Source: a virus
Direction: 5' to 3' (one strand)
Length of the DNA stretch: 64,000 nt
IMG/VR virus record: IMGVR_UViG_3300043436_003324
Below are positions 45,555 through 56,251 of this stretch, in pieces. The notes under the pieces were generated by a model. That model worked only from the letters and a program-made list of their open reading frames with translations. It was not told the origin of the DNA and searched no databases. Position 1 is the stretch's first letter. Each line of letters begins with the position of its first letter. The position numbers were made by a program, and so were the translations under genes.

Positions 45555-46596
45555 AAATCATATTTTAACTTTGTTAGAACACGGATTGTCATTTAACACT
45601 ATTAGTAATTTAAATGACTTACAAATTAAGGTATTATCCGAAAAATTTTCTAAAAAGGAAGAAAATAAAGAGGCTCAAGATATACAAACTAAAATAAGAA
45701 GATTTAGTTCTTCTGAAGTTTCTAACGCCAAAACAAAAGGAGAGTCATTACCAGGAGGAAGGGCGTTCAAATTAAATGCTGATGGTAGTGTTGATGTTAC
45801 GTTAGAAGGTGAAATGAGTGAGGATGATACGGTAGATTTTGTAAATGATCCTGACGCAACTGAAGATGGAATGGGGATGTTTGAATCTGAAATGAAAGAA
45901 AAGTTTGAGTCCAAATCACAACAAGGTTTATTTTGGTCGAAATGTAAAAATAGTACAGGAAAAACAAAAGAAAAATGGTGTAAAATGGCAAAAGAATTTT
46001 CAGACAGTACATCTAAAAAAGATTATAAAAAAATGCCAGATAAAAAACAACCCAAAAAAACGGTTAAAAAAACTAATGAAAATTTAGAAAGATTTTTAGA
46101 AGATAGAATTGTTAACATGTTGGATGAATATGTGAACCCAACGTTTACAAAAGGTCAAATGATTAATACAATATCTGAAAAAACAGAAAAATTTAATTCT
46201 ATGTTTTTGAAAACCCCAAAAAAAATGTCTATGTTTTCAAACGAATCTGGAATTGAAATGAAAAGTATGAAAAGGCCTATTGGTAGAATCTCTTCTTTAG
46301 GGGAAGACACAAAAGAAAAAGAAAGAACTAAGGAAAAAGAAAGAACTAAGGAAAAAGAAAGAAGAAAGGGTAACCCTTTTAAAGACCCTAATCCTGACGT
46401 AGAAGAAAAACCTAAAGCAAATACAAAAGAAAAAGAAAGAACTAAAGAAAAACCTGGTACAAAAACACCAACAAGAAGAAAAGGTAATCCGTTTAAGGAT
46501 CCTAATCCTGATGTTAAGGAAAATCCAAAAGCAAAAATGGAAAAACAACAAAGTGGTTTCATTGATGCAATAATGAACATATTAAATTTTAACTAA
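45544..46596 (+). CDS. hypothetical protein with KEKERT / KGNPFKDPNPDV repeats
   Basis: likely start ATG 45544; internal repeats. Confidence 0.55.
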   Translation: MNPKNHILTLLEHGLSFNTISNLNDLQIKVLSEKFSKKEENKEAQDIQTKIRRFSSSEVSNAKTKGESLPGGRAFKLNADGSVDVTLEGEMSEDDTVDFVNDPDATEDGMGMFESEMKEKFESKSQQGLFWSKCKNSTGKTKEKWCKMAKEFSDSTSKKDYKKMPDKKQPKKTVKKTNENLERFLEDRIVNMLDEYVNPTFTKGQMINTISEKTEKFNSMFLKTPKKMSMFSNESGIEMKSMKRPIGRISSLGEDTKEKERTKEKERTKEKERRKGNPFKDPNPDVEEKPKANTKEKERTKEKPGTKTPTRRKGNPFKDPNPDVKENPKAKMEKQQSGFIDAIMNILNFN

Positions 46597-47960
46597 TGGG
46601 ACATAAATATATTGAGAGTTTAGTGAGGAAAATCATAAACGAGGCTCCTGTTGATTATGGGGATTATCCAGAAAGAATGGACCCTAGAGTACAACAAAAG
46701 ATTGAGGATCCCGAAAGTATCTATGCAAAAAATAGAGGGTTTCAAGGAGGAGTATCTGATGTTGAGAGGTTATCAGGAGACAGATTCAAAGAGATTGTTG
46801 ATTACGTAAAAAGATATTATACCACTGAAAGAAATATAACAGATCCTTCGGTAATGGCCGCGATTCAAATGGAACAAATGTTGGCGGTTAGAGAAGTAAT
46901 GTCCAAAGAGCCAAGACATAGAGAAAAACTTAGGGACCTTGCGGTTGAAATTAAGGCAAAAGAGAGTGGGTGGATGCCTAATAACCTTACAATGGAAAAA
47001 GCATTAAGAGAAGGTCTTGTGAAAAAAAGAAAATCTAAGGATGGGGGAACCATTTATGAATTTGAATTGATGAATCTTTTAACTTTCCTTGGGGAACAAT
47101 CGATAGACCCAAAAATATTTCAAATGAAACCTAAAAAAAATGAAAAACTACCAATACCCGCAAACTTTTCATTTGACATTGATGAATTAACTCCAGAAGA
47201 AGAAAAACAATTGGAGATTGAAAAACGACACGTTATAAATGCATATGTGATGGGTAAGGCAAAAAGAGGTCAATACGCTTATCAGGCATATAAAGATAGA
47301 TTAGATGCTATAGACCCATCTTTATACGAATTGTATAATAAAATTATGGGAGCAAATGATTTAATGTATTTTACCAACCAACAACTAATTGAAATGTTAG
47401 GGGGGAATGCGGCAGGATCAGCAGGTAAAGCCAAACCAGAACAAAGCGATGAAGATGAGGATGATGACCAAAGTGGAGAAGAAATGGATAAAGATACTTG
47501 GTTTGCAAATGGATTAATCTTCCCAATTTTATTACATGAGGTTGATAAGGCTTTTAGTATGGTTACCACAAGACAACAGTGGAAAGGAATGGATCCTGAA
47601 ATGGCACAACAAGTTATTAGTCAAACTGACACAATGGAACATGAACCAATGAACTTCAGAATTGGTGCTGAATTAGCAAGAAAAATTAGAACAATGTTAC
47701 CTGAAGAATTAGTTTTAGATCCTGATGGTCGTATTTATATGCCGTTCTTTGAAAAGAACCTTTATGAGGTACCGGCGGAAAGATTCCTAAAACAAATAAT
47801 TGCAAATGTTGTTTCAAATAGAAAAGAAGATAACGCAAAAGCGGTTAAAGAATTTAAGGACATTTTTGAAAAGGCTAAAAAGGAATATCAGAGATTTAAA
47901 GGTGAAGATGATGAGGATGATGAATATAATTATGATAATGATGATGATTTAGCCTACTAA
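46596..47960 (+). CDS. hypothetical protein
   Basis: 454 aa; N-terminus IESLVRKIINE. Confidence 0.55.
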   Translation: MGHKYIESLVRKIINEAPVDYGDYPERMDPRVQQKIEDPESIYAKNRGFQGGVSDVERLSGDRFKEIVDYVKRYYTTERNITDPSVMAAIQMEQMLAVREVMSKEPRHREKLRDLAVEIKAKESGWMPNNLTMEKALREGLVKKRKSKDGGTIYEFELMNLLTFLGEQSIDPKIFQMKPKKNEKLPIPANFSFDIDELTPEEEKQLEIEKRHVINAYVMGKAKRGQYAYQAYKDRLDAIDPSLYELYNKIMGANDLMYFTNQQLIEMLGGNAAGSAGKAKPEQSDEDEDDDQSGEEMDKDTWFANGLIFPILLHEVDKAFSMVTTRQQWKGMDPEMAQQVISQTDTMEHEPMNFRIGAELARKIRTMLPEELVLDPDGRIYMPFFEKNLYEVPAERFLKQIIANVVSNRKEDNAKAVKEFKDIFEKAKKEYQRFKGEDDEDDEYNYDNDDDLAY

Positions 47961-47974
47961 AAATTAAAAATAGT

Positions 47975-48000
47975 AAACCCACCCAAAAGGTGGGTTTTTT
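47975..48000 (+). terminator. intrinsic terminator
   Basis: AAACCCACC-CAAAA-GGTGGGTTT followed by a T run. Confidence 0.75.
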
Positions 48001-48041
48001 ATTAAATAAACTATTTAAAGTATTTATAATAAAAAAACTTT

Positions 48042-49814
48042 ATGAGTTTAACAAAAGAACAAGTGATGTTAGAATATGTTAGGTGTATGAAAGATACGGA
48101 ATACGCCTTAAAAACATATCTACAAACATACGATAATACAGTATCTAAATACGTACCATTACAACTATTTCCTGATCAAGTTTCTTTATTGAAAGATTAC
48201 GAGGACTACGAAGAGAACATTGCATTAAAATATAGACAGGCAGGAGTTTCTACCGTTACTGCGGCTTGGGTATCAAAAAGGTTAGTTTTTGCAAAAAAGA
48301 CCCAACCTGAAAAAATTCTAATAATTGCCAACAAACTTGATACCTCAATGGAAATGGCTAATAAAATAAGAGCGTTTGTTGATCAATGGCCTTCGTGGGT
48401 TGGTGCTGGATTTTCCATAGATAAAAACTCACAAAAACATTATAAATTAAATAATGGTAGTGAAGTAAAGGCGGTAGCAACATCAAAAGATGCGTTACGT
48501 GGATTTACCCCAACCATTCTTGTGTTTGATGAGGCGGCATTTATCGAGGCCGATAGTGATTTTTGGCCGGCTTGTATGGCCTCGTTATCTACTGGAGGTA
48601 AAGTAATTGTAGTATCAACACCAAATGGTTATGACCCAATATATTACGAAATATATGATCAAACATTAAAAGGTTTTAATAACTTTAAAATTTCTGAAAT
48701 GTTTTGGTGGAGAGATCCAAGATACGCCAAAGATTTGTTTTTAGTTCCTACAGATGATCTTGTACATTATCTTTTAAATAAAGATGAACAGGATGAGTCT
48801 AAACATGTCTCCTTTGCACATATTGACCCGTATGTTAGGGATCATACGGAAATATCTAAATACTTTAAAGAGGGATACAAACCGTGTTCAAATTGGTACG
48901 AAAAAATGGTTAAAAAATTAAAGTACGATAAGAGGAAGATCAATCAAGAGTTAAATTGTGAGTTCTTAGGTTCAGGGGATAATGTATTTGATAATAAACA
49001 ATTAGAGGAAATAAAAAATAACACCCTTTTAGAACCTGAAGGTAAATTAATGGGTAACTCATTATGGATGTGGAAAGAACCAATATTGGGCAATAAATAC
49101 ATAATGGGGGTTGACGTATCAAGAGGGGATAGTGAGGATTTTAGTTCAATACAAATTATTGATTTTGATGCGAGAGAACAAGTTTTTGAATACGTTGGTA
49201 AAATTCCACCTGATTCTCTTGCTGAGATCGCATATAAATGGGGGATTATGTATAATGCGTTTATTGTTGTCGATATCACCGGAGGTATGGGAATAACAAC
49301 AGTTAGAAAATTACAAGAATTAGGATACAAAAGTTTATACGTTGAGGGTATTGATACCACAAGTATATGGTCTAATGCAAGTAAGGCGGTGGATAAAATC
49401 CCCGGAATTAACTTTAATAATAAAAGAGTACAAATAATTGCGGCATTTGAGGAGGCAGTTAGACACAAATTTAAAATAAAAAGTGTTAGATTATATAATG
49501 AAATGAACACTTTTATATATGTAAATGGTAGACCAGATCACCAAAGAGGACAACATGATGACCTTATCATGGGGATATCAATGGCAATTTATGTTGGGGA
49601 ATCTTCCTTTACAAAATTAGAAAAGGTCGCCCAACAAGCTAAGGTTATGTTGGAGTCTTGGACCGTAGCGTCAAATGATTCTGTTGCAAAAGAGGCTCAC
49701 TTTAATCCATTGTTACCTAACATGAATGTTAAAAGAGATAATTTTGGTAGGGAAATTAATGCCGCAACAAAAGATGATTACATTAAATACGGGTGGTTAT
49801 TTGGTGGTAGGTAA
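48042..49814 (+). CDS. terminase large subunit (T4 gp17-like)
   Basis: LKYRQAGVST, VFDEAAFI, STPNG, MGVDVSRG, HDDLIM. Confidence 0.92.
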   Translation: MSLTKEQVMLEYVRCMKDTEYALKTYLQTYDNTVSKYVPLQLFPDQVSLLKDYEDYEENIALKYRQAGVSTVTAAWVSKRLVFAKKTQPEKILIIANKLDTSMEMANKIRAFVDQWPSWVGAGFSIDKNSQKHYKLNNGSEVKAVATSKDALRGFTPTILVFDEAAFIEADSDFWPACMASLSTGGKVIVVSTPNGYDPIYYEIYDQTLKGFNNFKISEMFWWRDPRYAKDLFLVPTDDLVHYLLNKDEQDESKHVSFAHIDPYVRDHTEISKYFKEGYKPCSNWYEKMVKKLKYDKRKINQELNCEFLGSGDNVFDNKQLEEIKNNTLLEPEGKLMGNSLWMWKEPILGNKYIMGVDVSRGDSEDFSSIQIIDFDAREQVFEYVGKIPPDSLAEIAYKWGIMYNAFIVVDITGGMGITTVRKLQELGYKSLYVEGIDTTSIWSNASKAVDKIPGINFNNKRVQIIAAFEEAVRHKFKIKSVRLYNEMNTFIYVNGRPDHQRGQHDDLIMGISMAIYVGESSFTKLEKVAQQAKVMLESWTVASNDSVAKEAHFNPLLPNMNVKRDNFGREINAATKDDYIKYGWLFGGR

Positions 49815-49825
49815 TATTTATAATT

Positions 49826-49993
49826 ATGGGTAGTGTTCAGAGAAAAAAAAGTGGTAAAATATTTGCGGGTTCAGACTTAATTATAACAGGTCAAGGCATC
49901 TATAGTGTTAAAGTTATTAAACCAACTTTTAACAAGAAAAGTCAGTATAATATGATTGAAGAAATAACCACAACAACCACCACAACAAAATAA
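49826..49993 (+). CDS. small hypothetical protein (55 aa)
   Basis: MGSVQRKKSGKIFAG...TTTTTTTK; TATTTAT upstream. Confidence 0.45.
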   Translation: MGSVQRKKSGKIFAGSDLIITGQGIYSVKVIKPTFNKKSQYNMIEEITTTTTTTK

Positions 49994-50058
49994 TGGAATA
50001 TATTTATAATATAAGACAATAAACTTTATAAAAAAAAATTATAAGTTAAATTTTAATT

Positions 50059-51873
50059 ATGGAACAAAACGAAAAAAATTTAACGATTTGGCAAAGATTA
50101 TCCAAAACGTTCGGACCTAATTCATTATTAGGGATGGATGATCCTACCTATAGGTTTGATAAAAAAGAAATATTAAAGACTACCGATAAGTCTAAATTTG
50201 AAAAAGAGAAATTAGAAATCCAACAAACTTTATTTTTAAGTGATAATTGGAAAAAGATTGAAAATAACTTATACAGTCAAGCGGTATATTACGAACCAAA
50301 CAGAATGTCCGCATTCTACGATTATGAATCTATGGAATATACACCAGAAATCTCAACGGCCTTGGATATATATGCTGAGGAGTCAACAACATCAAACCAT
50401 GATGGGTTTATATTACAAGTTTATTCTGAATCACAAAGAATTAAAAGTATCTTAGTAGATTTATTTAATAATAATTTAGATATTAATACAAACTTACAAA
50501 TGTGGGTAAGAAACATGTGTAAGTATGGTGATAACTTTGTTTACTTAAAACTTGACCCTGAAAAAGGTATTGTAAGTTGTATGCAATTACCTAATATTGA
50601 AATCGAAAGATTAGAAAGAGGTATGGAATCCAGGACTATAAACACCACCCCATCAACAAAAAACGAGAAAAACTTAAGGTTTACTTGGAAAAATAAGGAT
50701 ATGGAGTTTAACACTTGGGAAATGGCCCATTTTAGATTGCTAGGTGATGATAGAAAATTACCATATGGTACATCGATGTTAGAAAAGGCTCGTAGAATAT
50801 GGAAACAACTTGTATTGGCGGAAGATGCTATGTTAATTTATAGAACATCAAGAGCTCCCGAAAGAAGAGTATTTAAAGTCTTTGTTGGTAATATGGACGA
50901 TAAAGATGTTGAGGCTTACGTACAAAGAGTGGCAAATAAATTTAAACGAGATCAAATTGTTGATTCTAAAACAGGTAATGTTGATTTACGTTTCAACCAA
51001 ATGGCGGTAGATCAAGATTACTTTATTCCTGTTAGGGACGCAACACAGACAATGCCTATTGAGACATTGGCAGGGGCAGCAAATCTTTCTGAGATTGCCG
51101 ATATTGAATACATCCAAAAGAAATTATTAACCGCATTAAGAATACCAAAAGCGTATATAGGTTTTGAAGAAGCGGTGGGTGATGGTAAAAATTTATCTTT
51201 ATTAGATATTAGATTTGCAAGAACTATTCATAAAATACAAAAAAGTATAATTTCGGAATTAAATAAAATTGCGATTATACATTTATTTTTACTTGGGTTT
51301 GAGGATGAATTAAATAACTTTACTTTAGGTTTAACTAACCCATCTAAACAGGCCGATCTATTAATGGTTGAGGTATGGAAAGAAAAGGTTTTATTGTATA
51401 AGGATATGGTTACAGAAATTCCAAATTCACTACAACCTACATCCGCAACTTGGGCTAAAAAACATATTTTTGGTTTTTCTGATGAAGAAATTAAATTAGA
51501 ATTACAACAAATAAGATTAGAAAGGGCGGTGTCAGCCGAATTGGCAAATACACCAACAATAATTACTCACACAGGATTCTTTGATACTGTAGATAAACTT
51601 TATAAAACTCAAACAGGAAGTACCCAAACTGCGGGTGCCGATCCAGCAGCAGGAGGGTCAACACCTCCACCAATGGGAGGAGGACCACCTCCACCACCTG
51701 GAGGAGCAGAGTCGGCAGGAGGACCACCAATCCCTGAAAGTATTAAGAAAAATAATTTAAACTTACTTTTAGAAAGTGATGACATATTTGGGGATGAATA
51801 TATTGATTTATCAAAGGCATCAAATTCTTTAGGGGATATAGAACAAGAACTTGATAAATTACTAAACAGTTAA
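50059..51873 (+). CDS. portal protein (T4 gp20-like)
   Basis: YRTSRAPERRVF, QDYFIPVR, LAGAANLSEIADIEYIQKKL, RFARTI. Confidence 0.92.
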   Translation: MEQNEKNLTIWQRLSKTFGPNSLLGMDDPTYRFDKKEILKTTDKSKFEKEKLEIQQTLFLSDNWKKIENNLYSQAVYYEPNRMSAFYDYESMEYTPEISTALDIYAEESTTSNHDGFILQVYSESQRIKSILVDLFNNNLDINTNLQMWVRNMCKYGDNFVYLKLDPEKGIVSCMQLPNIEIERLERGMESRTINTTPSTKNEKNLRFTWKNKDMEFNTWEMAHFRLLGDDRKLPYGTSMLEKARRIWKQLVLAEDAMLIYRTSRAPERRVFKVFVGNMDDKDVEAYVQRVANKFKRDQIVDSKTGNVDLRFNQMAVDQDYFIPVRDATQTMPIETLAGAANLSEIADIEYIQKKLLTALRIPKAYIGFEEAVGDGKNLSLLDIRFARTIHKIQKSIISELNKIAIIHLFLLGFEDELNNFTLGLTNPSKQADLLMVEVWKEKVLLYKDMVTEIPNSLQPTSATWAKKHIFGFSDEEIKLELQQIRLERAVSAELANTPTIITHTGFFDTVDKLYKTQTGSTQTAGADPAAGGSTPPPMGGGPPPPPGGAESAGGPPIPESIKKNNLNLLLESDDIFGDEYIDLSKASNSLGDIEQELDKLLNS

Positions 51874-51893
51874 TATTTATAATAAAAAAAAAT

Positions 51894-52613
51894 ATGAAAT
51901 TTGGTGTTTTAAAATCTAAAATAGAAAAGTGTTTAATTGAGTCATACAATAAAAACACGTTAAAAGATAATATTTTTATCTTTAATGAATTGGTTAAAAA
52001 GAACAAAAATATAAGTAAAATTTATTATTTATATGATGAACTTTCATCTAATAAAGGTTTGTCCGAATCAGTGGCGAATGATTTTATTAATGGGTCAATA
52101 ACAATATATGAGAACGCATTAAACAAAATTAATAAAAAGGACATCCAAGAAATTAGTTTATGGTTAAATAACGTTAACACAAAAAACGAATACGAAAAAA
52201 TAGATAACCTATTTTCAAGTAATGTTGTTATGTTGGAAAGTAAAATCCAAAGTAGAAAACTTGTTGTTGAGGGTCTTAAGTCATCCAAACCATTTTCTAA
52301 TAACGAGGTTGTTTCACTTCCTTTAGAAAGTATGGTTAAAGTTGCTAATGATACAATTACAAATTATTTATCTAATGTTAGTGAGTCAGAAAAAAAAGAA
52401 ATACTTAGTTTATTAAAAGAAGATAACGATAAGTTAGAAATTAAATTTGACTTCATTAAAGAAAACACAATAAAAAGACTTGAGAATATATTATCTTCTG
52501 ACTCAGATCCTGATACTGTTGGGGCAATTAAGGAAACTATTGAAAAGGTTAAAAATGAATCTTTTGATAAAATCTCCTATATAAAATTAAAAAATCTAAA
52601 TGAAAGTCTTTAA
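51894..52613 (+). CDS. hypothetical head-module protein
   Basis: 239 aa after the portal gene. Confidence 0.55.
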   Translation: MKFGVLKSKIEKCLIESYNKNTLKDNIFIFNELVKKNKNISKIYYLYDELSSNKGLSESVANDFINGSITIYENALNKINKKDIQEISLWLNNVNTKNEYEKIDNLFSSNVVMLESKIQSRKLVVEGLKSSKPFSNNEVVSLPLESMVKVANDTITNYLSNVSESEKKEILSLLKEDNDKLEIKFDFIKENTIKRLENILSSDSDPDTVGAIKETIEKVKNESFDKISYIKLKNLNESL

Positions 52614-52789
52614 TTAAAATTCTTTTGTTTATATTTTGAATTATTTAAAATCTGTCTATTAATGACAGATTTTTTTTTATATTCTTTTAAATCATTTAAG
52701 ATACTATTCTGTCTTGTTTTGATAACTTTACTTTTTAATTCTTTTAGAGATCGTTCGATATCTCCTTTTTTCACCTTTACTATTAACAT
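52610..52789 (-). CDS. rpsU: ribosomal protein bS21
   Basis: 59 aa MLIVKVKKGDIERSLKELKSKVIKTRQNSILNDLKEYKKKSVINRQ...; fits the bS21 pattern; lies between portal and prohead protease; missed by the ORF track. Confidence 0.8.
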   Translation of the reverse strand: MLIVKVKKGDIERSLKELKSKVIKTRQNSILNDLKEYKKKSVINRQILNNSKYKQKNFN

Positions 52790-52878
52790 AAATTTATATT
52801 GATTTTGTTTACCTTGATATATATAACAAATTTAAGTAAACTTATTCAAAATAAACAATTTTACTATGAAAAAAAAAT

Positions 52879-53346
52879 ATGAAAAAAGGAAAAACCTCAA
52901 AAATCAACGGGTTCAGAACGTCAAAAATAACTTACGGAACTGTTGATTCGAAAGAATTTAAATCACTCTATTTAAATTTACAAACTTGGGTAGAACCTAA
53001 AAAAGACTCTGAAAATTGGACAAGGGTTGTCTTAAATATGAATAGGGCAATTAAACACTCCTTATACCAAAACATGGATAAAAATATATTTGATGAAAAA
53101 TTTATTGTTGATTTGGATCTTAGAACAAGTGGATTACAATTAAAGAAAAAATCATTTATGAATTTGGAGGTTAACTTATATCTAATTAAAGAAATTGACT
53201 TTAAATCACTAGCATTAAAAAAATCATTAAAATTATTAGTAAAAAACATATACGATGATGTCTTAAATAAGAACGAATATTTTAAATGTTATTTAACTAA
53301 AAATGGAAATTCTAAGGTAATAAAAGTAAAAACCGAAAAAGTTTAA
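52879..53346 (+). CDS. conserved hypothetical protein
   Basis: 155 aa between bS21 and the prohead protease. Confidence 0.55.
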   Translation: MKKGKTSKINGFRTSKITYGTVDSKEFKSLYLNLQTWVEPKKDSENWTRVVLNMNRAIKHSLYQNMDKNIFDEKFIVDLDLRTSGLQLKKKSFMNLEVNLYLIKEIDFKSLALKKSLKLLVKNIYDDVLNKNEYFKCYLTKNGNSKVIKVKTEKV

Positions 53347-53367
53347 TATTTATTAAAAAACTTTAAA

Positions 53368-54087
53368 ATGAAAATATTAGGACCTAATGAAATTGGAAAG
53401 GGCATTCTTATAGAATATGATGCGGGATACATTAATCCAAGAACTGTAAACAATCAATATATACTTGAGTCTAATAATAATAATTTAGACCATTCAAAAC
53501 CATTTGAATTTTATGCGGTATTACAAAAATACGATACCCCAAATAGAAACGGTAGAATTTACCCTGAAAAAATTCTAAAAAGAGAATCTGAGAATTATAA
53601 AAAAATGATCGATAAAGGAACCTCTCTTTCTGAATTAAATCACCCTGAATCATCATTAATTGATTTAGATAGAGTTTCACACATTATCACAGAAGTTTGG
53701 TGGGATGGTCCGGTTCTTTTAGGTAAATTGAGATTACTTACAAGTCCAGGATTTCATGAAAGTGGTATATGTTCAACAAAAGGTGACTTAGCGGCAAATT
53801 ACCTAAGACAAGGAGTTACTTTAGGTATATCCTCTCGTGGTGTAGGATCATTAAAAAAGGTTGGAGAACAAAACGAAGTACAGGATGATTTTGAACTTAT
53901 ATGTTTTGATTTAGTGTCTTCACCATCAACTCCTGGTGCTTATTTATTCTTAGATAAAAATGACAGATCAAAATTTGATGAGAATTTAGAAGAAAATAAA
54001 AAAATGTCAGTAGAAAGAAATGTTGGTGAATCCGGAAATAAATCTCTTGACTTAATGAAAAGATTAACCGATTATTTGGGTAAATAA
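53368..54087 (+). CDS. prohead core protease (T4 gp21-like)
   Basis: NRNGRIYP, SELNHP, RVSH, GISSRGVGS, FDLVSSPSTPGA. Confidence 0.92.
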   Translation: MKILGPNEIGKGILIEYDAGYINPRTVNNQYILESNNNNLDHSKPFEFYAVLQKYDTPNRNGRIYPEKILKRESENYKKMIDKGTSLSELNHPESSLIDLDRVSHIITEVWWDGPVLLGKLRLLTSPGFHESGICSTKGDLAANYLRQGVTLGISSRGVGSLKKVGEQNEVQDDFELICFDLVSSPSTPGAYLFLDKNDRSKFDENLEENKKMSVERNVGESGNKSLDLMKRLTDYLGK

Positions 54088-54095
54088 AAAAAATT

Positions 54096-54311
54096 ATGGA
54101 ACAAGGAGAAAAATATTTTGTAGCAAAAATTGCTTCTGATTTATTAGATAGTGAATCAGGAAAAGTAAAAAAAGTAAAAGAAGAAAAATTAGTTTTAGGG
54201 TATACCCCAACGGATGTTGAGGCAAAAGTAACCAAAGTTTACGAACACTACACAATGGATTGGAGAATTACTTCAATTACAGAAAGTAAGATTGATGAGG
54301 TTATTGAATAA
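54096..54311 (+). CDS. small hypothetical protein
   Basis: 71 aa. Confidence 0.55.
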   Translation: MEQGEKYFVAKIASDLLDSESGKVKKVKEEKLVLGYTPTDVEAKVTKVYEHYTMDWRITSITESKIDEVIE

Positions 54312-54331
54312 ATAAAAAACTTAAAATTTTG

Positions 54332-54364
54332 AAAAGGAGGTACTAATAATACCTCCTTTTTTTA
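54332..54364 (+). terminator. intrinsic terminator
   Basis: AAAGGAGGTA-CTAATAA-TACCTCCTTT followed by a T run. Confidence 0.75.
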
Positions 54365-54429
54365 TTTATATTAATAAAAACTGAATTTTTTACAAACTCA
54401 TAATATTTATTTGATAAAACAAACTATAA

Positions 54430-56178
54430 ATGAGTAGAAAAACAGTAGTAGAAGAGGCAGTTATCCAAATGAAAAATTTAGAAGACGCTCTTAAAGAAAA
54501 CGCAAAAGGAATACTTGCTTCGACAATGAGACAAGAAATCAAATCACTAGTAAAAGAATCTCTGAAAGAACAAGATGAGGTTGACACTGATGACGAAGAA
54601 GAGGTTGATATTGTATCGCCTGATGACGAAGAAGACGTTAATGTTGACGATGAGGAAACTTTTGACGTAGAAGACGATGACATGGATCTAGAAGACGATG
54701 ACATTGACGACGAAGACGATGACATTGACGACGAAGATGAAGACATGGGAGTTAATATGGGTCTTGACGTGGATGACGAAGAAGAAACTATCGACATGAG
54801 AGGTGCTAGCGACGAAGATGTTGCGGTTGTATTCTCTAAGATGGGTAAAAATGATAAAGTTTCTATCGAAAAAATTGGTGACTATTATGATCTTAAAGAC
54901 ACTGAAAATGACACTGAATATATTATAAAATTAAATGAATCTGATGAGGATGAGTTTGGTTCTATGAGAGGTCGTTATTTTGGTGACGAAGAAGAGGAAG
55001 ATGAGTTTGGTCCTATAATGGGTTCTACCTTTGATGATGAAGAAGATGATGAAGATCGTTTTGGATCTATGATGGGTTCTACCTTTGATGATGAAGATCG
55101 TTTTGGATCTATGATGGGTTCTACCTTTGATGATGAAGATCGTTTTGGATCTATGAAAGGCGGACGTTTTGATGATGAAGATCGTTTTGGATCTATGAAA
55201 GGCGGACGTTTTGATGATGAAGATCGTTTTGGATCTATGAAAGGCGGACGTTTTGGTAGAGAACCAGAAGAAACTATTTATGAGTTAGAAATCGGTGAGG
55301 AAATGGAAGGAGACGTTGGTTTAGGTGAAGACCTTGATGAAATGTACATGGATGAAGATATGTCTTATGAAGATCTTGGTGAAATGTATGTGGATGAAGA
55401 TATGACCTATGAAGACCTTGACGAAATGTTTGTTGAAGAAGAATCTGAAGTAGATTTTGAAAGTCTACCTAAAATGAATTTAAACAAATATAAAGTACAC
55501 GAATCTAAACAAAAAACAGGAAGTGCATCAAAATTTAAATATAGTAAAAAACCAAACCAAGAAGGTGGGTTTGACACAAAAATGAAAGAAGGTTCTAAAC
55601 GTTATGGAAAATCAGGTAAAGCTAATTTTGATTACGATAACGAAGACCCAAATTCAGAAATTGTGATGAAAATTGTGAACAAAATTACTAAAGGTAAAAA
55701 AATTGAAACTAAAGAGGCTTCAAGAACATTGGCGAACAACAGAAAGGTAAAAAGAAACTTAATGGCGTCACCAAGTCAATTGAAAGAAGAAGTTGAAGTA
55801 CTAAGAGAAAAGAATGACGAATACAGAAAAGCCCTTGATTTGTTTAGAACAAAATTAAATGAGGTGGCGGTATTCAATTCTAACTTGGCATACGCAACAA
55901 GATTGTTCACAGAACATTCAACAACTAAACCAGAAAAAATAAATATTTTGAGAAGATTCGATAATGTTGAATCTTTAAAAGAATCCAAAAATCTTTATCA
56001 AATTCTTAAAGGTGAATTATCTAACAATAATTTATCTGATAATAGTATTAACGAATCATTTAATAGAACCGTAACAAAATCTCCGTCTACGGGATCTTCG
56101 GTTAATTTAATTGAATCAAAAACATACGAAAATCCACAATTCTTAAGAATGAAAGACTTAATGGGTAAAATAAAATAA
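54430..56178 (+). CDS. prohead core scaffold protein (gp22-like, very acidic)
   Basis: position between protease and capsid; acidic low-complexity middle; C-terminal coiled coil LNEVAVFNSNLAYATRLF. Confidence 0.7.
   Translation: MSRKTVVEEAVIQMKNLEDALKENAKGILASTMRQEIKSLVKESLKEQDEVDTDDEEEVDIVSPDDEEDVNVDDEETFDVEDDDMDLEDDDIDDEDDDIDDEDEDMGVNMGLDVDDEEETIDMRGASDEDVAVVFSKMGKNDKVSIEKIGDYYDLKDTENDTEYIIKLNESDEDEFGSMRGRYFGDEEEEDEFGPIMGSTFDDEEDDEDRFGSMMGSTFDDEDRFGSMMGSTFDDEDRFGSMKGGRFDDEDRFGSMKGGRFDDEDRFGSMKGGRFGREPEETIYELEIGEEMEGDVGLGEDLDEMYMDEDMSYEDLGEMYVDEDMTYEDLDEMFVEEESEVDFESLPKMNLNKYKVHESKQKTGSASKFKYSKKPNQEGGFDTKMKEGSKRYGKSGKANFDYDNEDPNSEIVMKIVNKITKGKKIETKEASRTLANNRKVKRNLMASPSQLKEEVEVLREKNDEYRKALDLFRTKLNEVAVFNSNLAYATRLFTEHSTTKPEKINILRRFDNVESLKESKNLYQILKGELSNNNLSDNSINESFNRTVTKSPSTGSSVNLIESKTYENPQFLRMKDLMGKIK
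55027..55257 (+). repeat. coding tandem repeat, 42-nt unit (FDDEDRFGSM[M/K]G[ST/GR])
   Basis: about five near-identical in-frame copies. Confidence 0.85.
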
Positions 56179-56251
56179 AATAAACTTTTTAAAACAAACG
56201 TATATTTATAATATACATAAATAAAAAATAAAGCAAAAAAAACAAATAAAA

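Noticed and set aside
44094-46580. Ser-rich antisense ORFs (44094, 44496, 46155; also 54390)
   Set aside because: They mirror low-complexity GAA/GAT-rich sense genes.
55027-55257. CRISPR-like array
   Set aside because: The repeats are contiguous, in-frame and have no unique spacers; no CRISPR array was seen anywhere in the window.
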